Assembly (NCBI GenBank): GCA_000092065.1
Contig: CP000599.1
Length of the DNA stretch: 64,000 nt
Strand: one strand, 5' to 3'
Source: Ostreococcus lucimarinus
Lineage: Eukaryota
In this document: piece by piece, positions 57,890 through 64,000 of the stretch
Numbering within the stretch: the first letter of the stretch is position 1
Layout of the letters: each line of letters begins with the position of its first letter
The notes under the pieces: generated by a model
What the model saw: only the letters and a program-made list of their open reading frames with translations
Told to the model about the DNA's origin: nothing
Databases searched by the model: none
Translations under genes and position numbers: made by a program

Positions 57890-58303
57890 GTATTTTTATC
57901 GCCGCGCGACGCCGATCGATGCGCGACGCGCAGCGACTCACCGCGCGACGACGACGCGCGTCGACGTCGTCGCGATCGGACGCGATCGCGCGAACGACAA
58001 CTCGATGGGCCAGGGACGTGGAGCGACCGCTCGCGCGCGCGCGAAGGCGCGCGCGATCCATCGCGAGTCGCGTCGTGACGATTCGATTCGAGCGTGCGAG
58101 TGTTTTTCGTTTTCATCAAAGTCGCGCGCGTTCATCGCAATCGTTTCGCGCGTGTTCACCCCTCGTCGGTCCTCGTGACTTCGCCGCCCCGCGAGTCCTA
58201 CGCGTCGCCGTCGCGTCGCAACTCTCGCTCGCCGTCGTCGTCGACGTCGTCGTCTCGCCTCGTCTCGTCGTCGTCGTCGTCGTCGTCGTCGGTCCGCGTC
58301 GTC
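57641..58303. repeat. Cluster of (CGT)n / (GTC)n trinucleotide microsatellites (three tracts of about 35-50 bp) in a 1.8-kb low-complexity region
   Basis: cgtcttcgtcttcgtcttcgtcgtcgtcgtcgtcgtcgtcgtcgtcgag at about 57641. (cgt)10 at about 57851. tcgtcgtcgtcgtcgtcgtcgtcgg at about 58262. Confidence 0.8.
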
Positions 58304-58603
58304 GTCATCGCCTCGATCTCTCATCACCGCGACGTTCGCCGCGACAACCGCTCGACACGAACGAAACGTTTGCGTTCATTCGCGGCCGCGTCGTCCGCGC
58401 GTCAGCGCGCGTCGCCCGCGCGTCGTCGCGAACGACGACGTGTCCGAGATCTCGAGAGTGACGAAGTAAGTCCGACGTCTCGACGACGCGATGATCGTCC
58501 GACGTCTCGCGCTCGAGCGTCGTCGAGACGTCATCAACGCGCCTCGTCACGATTGCCCTCGTTCCGCGCCATGTCGCATCGCGTCGCGTCGTCGCCGTCG
58601 CGC

Positions 58604-58655
58604 GTCGCGATGCGACGTCGCGATGCGACGTCGCGATGCGACGTCGCGATGCGAG
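58604..58655. repeat. 13-bp tandem repeat (GTCGCGATGCGAC)x4
   Basis: gtcgcgatgcgacgtcgcgatgcgacgtcgcgatgcgacgtcgcgatgcgag read directly. Confidence 0.85.
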
Positions 58656-59130
58656 TGAACTCGAACCGTCGCGCGCGCCGACGCGAAAAACGACCCGTAA
58701 GCGCCAAAACGCACCGTCGCGATCACGAACGCTCCAGTGGGATCGCGCTTTAACCCGACCTCAACTTTTCTCGAGCTTTCGCTCAGATCAAGTGTAGTAT
58801 CTGTTCTATTATGTTTAAACACATAATGAGGCTTTCTTAAGCCTTCATTAGTTTAACCGAATTTCTTCAGAGGGCGTTATTCAAACAGGCTTGTTTACAA
58901 GTCGAATACGCGAGCATGTTCTTGGCCTTGCACTTTGCCTCGAACGTGTACCTCGATTGCCCGCGTCATTGGCACCGCACGCGAATGTGATTTCGCTCCA
59001 CCGTCCAGCCCGCGCGAAACATCGCTCGCGACGCCGCATCGAACGCGCGTGCGCGTGCCGTTCGTTTTTTAAATCAATATAATGTTGCATCATCGCATCT
59101 ACGAGCCGTTTCGCGCGCGCGGTAGTCAAC

Positions 59131-59649
59131 TCAAAACACGCTTCGCCCGAGCGCGGCTTCGACCAAAGCCGTGCCGACGAAGCCCACCATGGCTAACCGC
59201 CCGTGCGCGCGCTCGACGTCGGGGTTTAAATTCAACGCCTCCATCGCCAAGAACCCGCTCATCCCTTTCTTTTCCTTCAACCCGTTCGGGTCGGCGCCGT
59301 ACTCTTGCGGATTAAACTCGAAAGGCGATATGGATGCCCACGCGATGAGACAACACAGCGCCACGGCGACGAAGCCGCCCGTCGCCGTCGACGCTTGATT
59401 CGCCAGCGTCGCCCCCGATTGCGCTTCGATTTGCGCGCCGATGGCGTACCCGGCCATCGCGCACCGTCCCGCGATCGTTTCGTACGCCCAATCAGAAGCG
59501 CCAGACGCGGCGTCTTCCACCGCCGGCGCGTCGTCTTTTACCGCGCGCGTTCGCGTCGCGACGCGTCGTCGCGCGCGCGCCGTCGTCGCTCTCGTCGTCG
59601 CCCTCGTCGTCGTCACGCTCGCGTTCGTCCGAACGCGCGCCGCCGGCAT
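59131..59649 (-). CDS. Light-harvesting-complex-like (LIL/ELIP/SEP-type) protein with a plastid transit-peptide-like N-terminus
   Basis: The LHC motif ERAHGRLAMVGFVGTALVEA sits in the C-terminal helix. A preceding helix reads GGFVAVALCCLIAWASI. N-terminus MPAARVRTNASVTTTRATTRATTARARRR. Confidence 0.6.
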   Translation of the reverse strand: MPAARVRTNASVTTTRATTRATTARARRRVATRTRAVKDDAPAVEDAASGASDWAYETIAGRCAMAGYAIGAQIEAQSGATLANQASTATGGFVAVALCCLIAWASISPFEFNPQEYGADPNGLKEKKGMSGFLAMEALNLNPDVERAHGRLAMVGFVGTALVEAALGRSVF

Positions 59650-59718
59650 GACGAGCGAAACGCGACGCGACGAGTCGATGAGTGGCGCGACGTCGACGCG
59701 CGCGGCACGAGCGATTGA

Positions 59719-60666
59719 GTGATTGAAACGACGATTGACGACCGCACGCGTTCGCGCGCCGCGCGATCGTCGTCGATGTCGACGACGCGCGCGATGCGCG
59801 TCGCGCTCGACGCGACGAGCGCGCGCGGCGCGCGACGACGCGAGCGATTCGAGCGTAAACATCGCGCGCCGATCTCGATGCGCGTCTCCGACGGTGGCGC
59901 GGATAACGTCGTCGGTCGTCGCGCGCGATGCGGCGACGCGCGATCGGCGCCGATCCGCGGCTCGCGCGTCCTGACGGCGGCGTCGCCTGGGAATCAGTCG
60001 TCGACGTCGGAATCGATCGATCGACTCGGGAGTCGATCGAACGACACGAGTGGAACGTCTTCTTCGCCCGCGGCGCCGGCGCCGGCGCCGCTGACGCCGC
60101 CGAACGCGTCGCAGCGGCGCGTGATCGATCAGATGATCACGCTGCGCACGCGATTGAACGAACGCGTGGCCAAGGCGAACGCGTTCGCGAAGTTTTTAGA
60201 GAAAACGCTCGTGGAGCGAGACGCGGATTTGGTAAACGCGAGACGCGCGTTGGCGCGCGCGGCGATGGAGGCGGAGACGCTGCGGGGACTGGCCGAGGAC
60301 GCGCGACGCGGGAACGGTGCGCCCGACGCCTTGATCGCCCGACTCGATCGCATGGCGAAAGCGCTCAAGGAAGACGCCGACGACGCCGATGCGCACTGCC
60401 TGCGCCAAGTTCCGGTGGCTTGGCAAGGCAACGCGTCGGACGTGCGCCTGATGGGATCGTTCGACGACTGGACGCGAGGCTTTCACTTATCGCCCGAGTG
60501 GCACGGCCACGGCGACGGCATGAGCGACACGTTCGCGTGCACGTGTTTACTCCCGCCCGGGACGTACGAGGTTAAATTTTTAGTCGACGGCGAATGGCGC
60601 ACGACGGATGATTGGAAAACCGTCGGCGAAGGTTTCGAGCGCAACATGCTTCTCGAAGTTCGCTGA
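59719..60666 (+). CDS. Coiled-coil plus CBM48 (AMPK-beta/glycogen-binding-type) protein, PTST-like (protein targeting to starch)
   Basis: CBM48: VPVAWQGNASDVRLMGSFDDWTRGFHLSP...FACTCLLPPGTYEVKFLVDGEWRTTDDWK. Preceded by coiled-coil LNERVAKANAFAKFLEKTLVERDADLVNARRALARAAMEAETLRGL. The start may be an internal Met. Confidence 0.55.
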   Translation: MIETTIDDRTRSRAARSSSMSTTRAMRVALDATSARGARRRERFERKHRAPISMRVSDGGADNVVGRRARCGDARSAPIRGSRVLTAASPGNQSSTSESIDRLGSRSNDTSGTSSSPAAPAPAPLTPPNASQRRVIDQMITLRTRLNERVAKANAFAKFLEKTLVERDADLVNARRALARAAMEAETLRGLAEDARRGNGAPDALIARLDRMAKALKEDADDADAHCLRQVPVAWQGNASDVRLMGSFDDWTRGFHLSPEWHGHGDGMSDTFACTCLLPPGTYEVKFLVDGEWRTTDDWKTVGEGFERNMLLEVR

Positions 60667-60918
60667 CCGCGGCGAATTCGGACGCCCGAATTCCTCGCGC
60701 GAGCTGTGTACGCATACATTCTGACAACATCACATTCTTATTCATTGAATCCCGACGGACGCGCGCGCGTCCGTATCGTCCGCGCGACTCGAAGCGATTT
60801 GACTTCGACCTCGACTTCGGCGCCCAGACTGCCCGATCACGCCTCGGCCGCGCGGAATCGCGCCGCCGCCGAATTCGCGCGACGCGTCGCCATCTCGCGT
60901 CGCGCGCGCGCATCGCGC

Positions 60919-63594
60919 ATGGCGCGCGCGCACGAATCCGAGTCCGCGACGACGTCCGCGCTGTCGCCGACGCGATACGCGCACGAGGAGCGCGTGTTGC
61001 GCACGCCGCACGACGTCGAGGCGTGGTGCGACTACCTCGACGCGATCGACGCTGGCGACGAAAATGACGACGACGACGACGCGTCGCGCGCGATCGATCG
61101 GTACATGATATACGAACGGGCGATAAAACATAACGCACACTCGTATAAACTGTGGTACCGGTACCTCACCGAGCGCGCGCGACGCGATCGAGGCGCGCGA
61201 TTCGACGACGCCGCGCGAGCGAAGACGCGCGCGTGCTTCGAACGCGCGCTGACGACGATGCATAAAATGCCGAAGATATGGATAATGGCGATAGAATACG
61301 TGAGAGATGCGTGCGCGTTGATCACGGAGACGCGAAGGATGTGCGATCGCGCGCTGCGGGCGTTACCGGTGACGCAACACGAACGCGTGTGGGCGCCGTA
61401 CGTGGAGTTTATTCGGCGAGACTTTGTGCCGATTTCGACGGCGCGGCGAGTGTACAGGCGGTATTTGAAATTCGAGCCAGGGCACGCGGAGGAGTACGTC
61501 GAGTTTTTGCGTAAAAAGCAGTGCCACGGCGAGGTGGCGAGTAAACTCGCCGAACTCGTCAACGACGACAGCTTCCAGTCGCTCGCCGGTAAGTCCAAGC
61601 ACGCGTTGTGGCTCGAACTGTGCGACGTCGTCACCAAGCACCCGCCCTCGTCGGACGCCGCGGACGAGACCGATCGCGCGCTGGACGTCGACGCCATCTT
61701 GCGCGGGGGAATTCGAACGTTCACAAACGAGGTCGGGAGGTTGTGGACGGCGCTCGCGGATTATTACATTCGCCGCGGCTTGTTTGAAGCCGCGCGAGAC
61801 GTGTACGAGGAGGGCGTCGAGAGCGTCTCCACCGTGCGCGACTTTTCGTTGATTTTCGATGCGTACGCGCAGTTCGAAGAGTCCGTCATCAGCGCGAAGA
61901 TGGAAGCCGGCGAGGACGAAGACGAAGACGAGGACGCGGACGACTCGTCGACCGCGGATCCGTCGATCGACTTCGTGTTGCGCGACGACTCGTACGCGAG
62001 CGTGGAGCTTTTGCTCGCGCGATTAGAACACCTCATGGAACGGCGACCGGAATTGCTTTCGTCGGTAATGCTGAGACAAAACCCGCACAACGTGCACGAG
62101 TGGGAAAAGCGCGTGGCGCTGTTCGAAGGACAACCGACGAAGCAAATCTTGACGTACACGGAAGCCGTCAAAACGGTGAAACCGGAGCTCGCCAACGGAC
62201 GCGTCGCGTCGCTTTGGGTCGGATTCGCAAAGTTTTACGAAGACCACGGAGACTTGGAGAGCGCGCAGACGGTGTTTGAGAAAGCCGTGGGCGCCGAACG
62301 CGCGGCGACGTTCAAGACGGCGGACGATTTAGCGACGTGTTGGTGCGAGTACGCAGAGATGCATTTGCGGCACAAAAATTACGACGAGGCGTTGGCGGTG
62401 ATGCGTCGAGCGACGACACCGCGCGAAGGCTTCCGCGAACCTCGCACGGCGGCGGAATACGACGCGCTGCCGGCGCGAGACAAGGTTTTCAAATCGCTCA
62501 AGATGTGGACGTTGCGCGTCGACTTGGAAGAATCCTTGGGCGACTTGAAGTCGACCAAGGCGGTGTACGACGAGATGATTTCGATCAAGGTGGCGACGCC
62601 GCAGATACTGTTGAACTACACGCACTTGCTCCAAGAGCACAATTTCTTTGAAGACGCGTTTCAAGTCTTCGAGCGCGGGGTGAATAGTTTCAAATTTCCG
62701 TACTCGCGCGAGCTGTGGGCGGCGTATCTCACGCTCTTCGTCGCGCGTTTCAAGGGCTCGAAACTCGAGCGCGCGCGAGACTTGTTCGAGCAAGTGATTG
62801 AAGAAGCCCCGGCGAAGGAGTCGAAGCAATTTTTCTTGGCGTACGCCAAACTCGAAGAGGATTACGGCCTCGCCAAGCGGGCGATGGACGTGTACGAGCG
62901 CGCCGTCAAGCGCGTGCCCGTGGACGAGAGACTGGGGGTGTACGACGTCTACGTGGCCAAGGCGATGGAATTTTTCGGCGTCGCCAAGGTGCGCGACGTC
63001 TTCACGCGCGCCGCGGACGACGGCGAGCTGTCGAACGACGTGAGCAAGACGTTGACGACTAGGTTTGCGGAGTTTGAGCGCAAACTCGGCGAGATCGATC
63101 GCGCGCGCGCCCTGTACGCGCACGCGTCGCAGTTTAGCGATCCCACAAAGGATGCAGATTTCTGGTCGACGTGGCACGAATTTGAGGTTCGTCACGGCAA
63201 CGAAGAGACGTTTCGAGAAATGCTTCGAATCAAGCGCGCCGTCGCCGCGAGCTTTTCCGACACCCACTTCAACGTCTCCGTCGTCGCGCCGGACGTCGAC
63301 GCGGCGAAGAAGACGACGGATTCGGGCGACGCCATGGCGCGACTCGACGCCGCCCACGAGGCGCACGCGGCGGAGAACGCGGCTTCCATGCCCGGCTTCG
63401 TGCGTTCGCACGTCGAAGGCGCGTCGCCGCCCGCCGCCGCCGTCGCTGTCGACGCGGGCGACGACGCCGAGATCGATTTGGACGCCCTGGAAGCGCCCGC
63501 CGGCGTGTTCTCCGGCGTCAAGCGCGACGCCGCCGCCGCCGGTCTCGGCGCCATGGCGCGATTTAAGAGCGCGCGCGCGAACGATGACGAGTAG
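60919..63594 (+). CDS. SYF1: Pre-mRNA-splicing factor SYF1/XAB2 (HAT-repeat protein)
   Basis: EERVLRTPHDVEAWCDYL, YERAIKHNAHSYKLWYRYL, KIWIMAIEYV, RVWAPYVEFI, YRRYLKFEPGHAEEYVEFL and further tandem HAT repeats. 891 aa from the ATG at 60919. Confidence 0.85.
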   Translation: MARAHESESATTSALSPTRYAHEERVLRTPHDVEAWCDYLDAIDAGDENDDDDDASRAIDRYMIYERAIKHNAHSYKLWYRYLTERARRDRGARFDDAARAKTRACFERALTTMHKMPKIWIMAIEYVRDACALITETRRMCDRALRALPVTQHERVWAPYVEFIRRDFVPISTARRVYRRYLKFEPGHAEEYVEFLRKKQCHGEVASKLAELVNDDSFQSLAGKSKHALWLELCDVVTKHPPSSDAADETDRALDVDAILRGGIRTFTNEVGRLWTALADYYIRRGLFEAARDVYEEGVESVSTVRDFSLIFDAYAQFEESVISAKMEAGEDEDEDEDADDSSTADPSIDFVLRDDSYASVELLLARLEHLMERRPELLSSVMLRQNPHNVHEWEKRVALFEGQPTKQILTYTEAVKTVKPELANGRVASLWVGFAKFYEDHGDLESAQTVFEKAVGAERAATFKTADDLATCWCEYAEMHLRHKNYDEALAVMRRATTPREGFREPRTAAEYDALPARDKVFKSLKMWTLRVDLEESLGDLKSTKAVYDEMISIKVATPQILLNYTHLLQEHNFFEDAFQVFERGVNSFKFPYSRELWAAYLTLFVARFKGSKLERARDLFEQVIEEAPAKESKQFFLAYAKLEEDYGLAKRAMDVYERAVKRVPVDERLGVYDVYVAKAMEFFGVAKVRDVFTRAADDGELSNDVSKTLTTRFAEFERKLGEIDRARALYAHASQFSDPTKDADFWSTWHEFEVRHGNEETFREMLRIKRAVAASFSDTHFNVSVVAPDVDAAKKTTDSGDAMARLDAAHEAHAAENAASMPGFVRSHVEGASPPAAAVAVDAGDDAEIDLDALEAPAGVFSGVKRDAAAAGLGAMARFKSARANDDE

Positions 63595-63812
63595 AGCGAC
63601 GACTCCAGCGCGGGGCAGCGCGCGCGAATAGTAAAAAAGAAAGAACAAATCTCATCAATGAAATCATCAAAATGGAAAACATTGATAGGAAGTCAAGAAA
63701 CTTGTATCCAAATTCGACCGCTCACTCACTCACTCTTTCACTTTCAAAAAAATCAAGGCTGGATTTAGCCAGTTCGGCACTGGTCAAGCCCCCTTTGACA
63801 AACGTTATCCTT

Positions 63813-64000
63813 TTTAGGGTTTAGGGTTTAGGGTTTAGGGTTTAGGGTTTAGGGTTTAGGGTTTAGGGTTTAGGGTTTAGGGTTTAGGGTTTAGGGTTTA
63901 GGGTTTAGGGTTTAGGGTTTAGGGTTTAGGGTTTAGGGTTTAGGGTTTAGGGTTTAGGGTTTAGGGTTTAGGGTTTAGGGTTTAGGGTTTAGGGTTTAGG
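63813..64000 (+). repeat. Telomere: (TTTAGGG)n, about 27 copies, G-strand 5'->3' running into the window end
   Basis: Perfect tttaggg repeats from 63813 to the last base. Orientation places the chromosome terminus at the right edge. Confidence 0.95.

Noticed and set aside
1-64000. Prokaryotic operon or mobile-element interpretation for the bacterial-type genes (MiaB-like, bL19, TruA, RadA, UGM).
   Set aside because: These genes are interspersed with unmistakably eukaryotic genes (SKP1, AP-3 delta, LSD1, SYF1, EFL1). One of them (bL19) contains a spliceosomal intron. Several carry organelle-presequence-like N-termini. There are no Shine-Dalgarno-spaced operons, no integrase or transposase ORFs, and the contig ends in a eukaryotic telomere.

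Overview
This window is the 3' terminal ~64 kb of a nuclear chromosome from a GC-rich, gene-dense eukaryote. The plus strand ends in about 27 copies of TTTAGGG (63813-64000), which is the plant-type telomere repeat, so the window is not a prokaryotic locus. Spliceosomal introns are short (55-160 nt), use GTGCGT/GTACGT/GTGAGC donors and carry a recurrent ACTGAC branch-point-like motif 10-35 nt upstream of the AG. I could support introns in four genes: the bL19, SKP1, ACBP-like and RCC1-EGF genes. Several features point to a green-lineage picoalga-like nuclear genome, which is an inference and not a database hit: a plant-type GATA finger (Cx2Cx18Cx2C), an LHC-like protein, a PTST-like CBM48 protein and organelle-type bacterial genes (bL19, TruA, RadA, MiaB-like). 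I called about 37 protein-coding genes, most of them intronless with long ORFs. The clearest include a DEAD-box helicase, SKP1, cornichon, a CaMK-like kinase, a SANT+GATA (MTA-like) regulator convergent with an LSD1-type demethylase, AP-3 delta, EFL1, an SMPD4-like protein, a Tesmin/LIN54 CXC protein, an LRR-hydrolase fusion, a PX-ankyrin protein, UDP-galactopyranose mutase, a fatty-acid hydroxylase, RadA, Sec14 and SYF1/XAB2. Intergenic regions are very short and often serve as bidirectional promoters. Many of them carry minisatellites: 96 bp x4, about 130 bp x3, 111 bp x2 and 50 bp x2. There is also an interstitial (CCCTAAA)3 telo-box array immediately upstream of the CXC gene, and (CGT)n microsatellite tracts. 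The most unusual gene model is a nine-exon gene predicting a signal peptide, RCC1 propeller repeats, EGF-like repeats and a C-terminal transmembrane anchor, that is an apparently extracellular RCC1 propeller. The many ORFs that overlap real genes on the opposite strand, or that run through CGACG-type low complexity, are reading-frame artefacts of the high GC content. Coordinates may be off by 1-2 nt in places because I indexed by hand.
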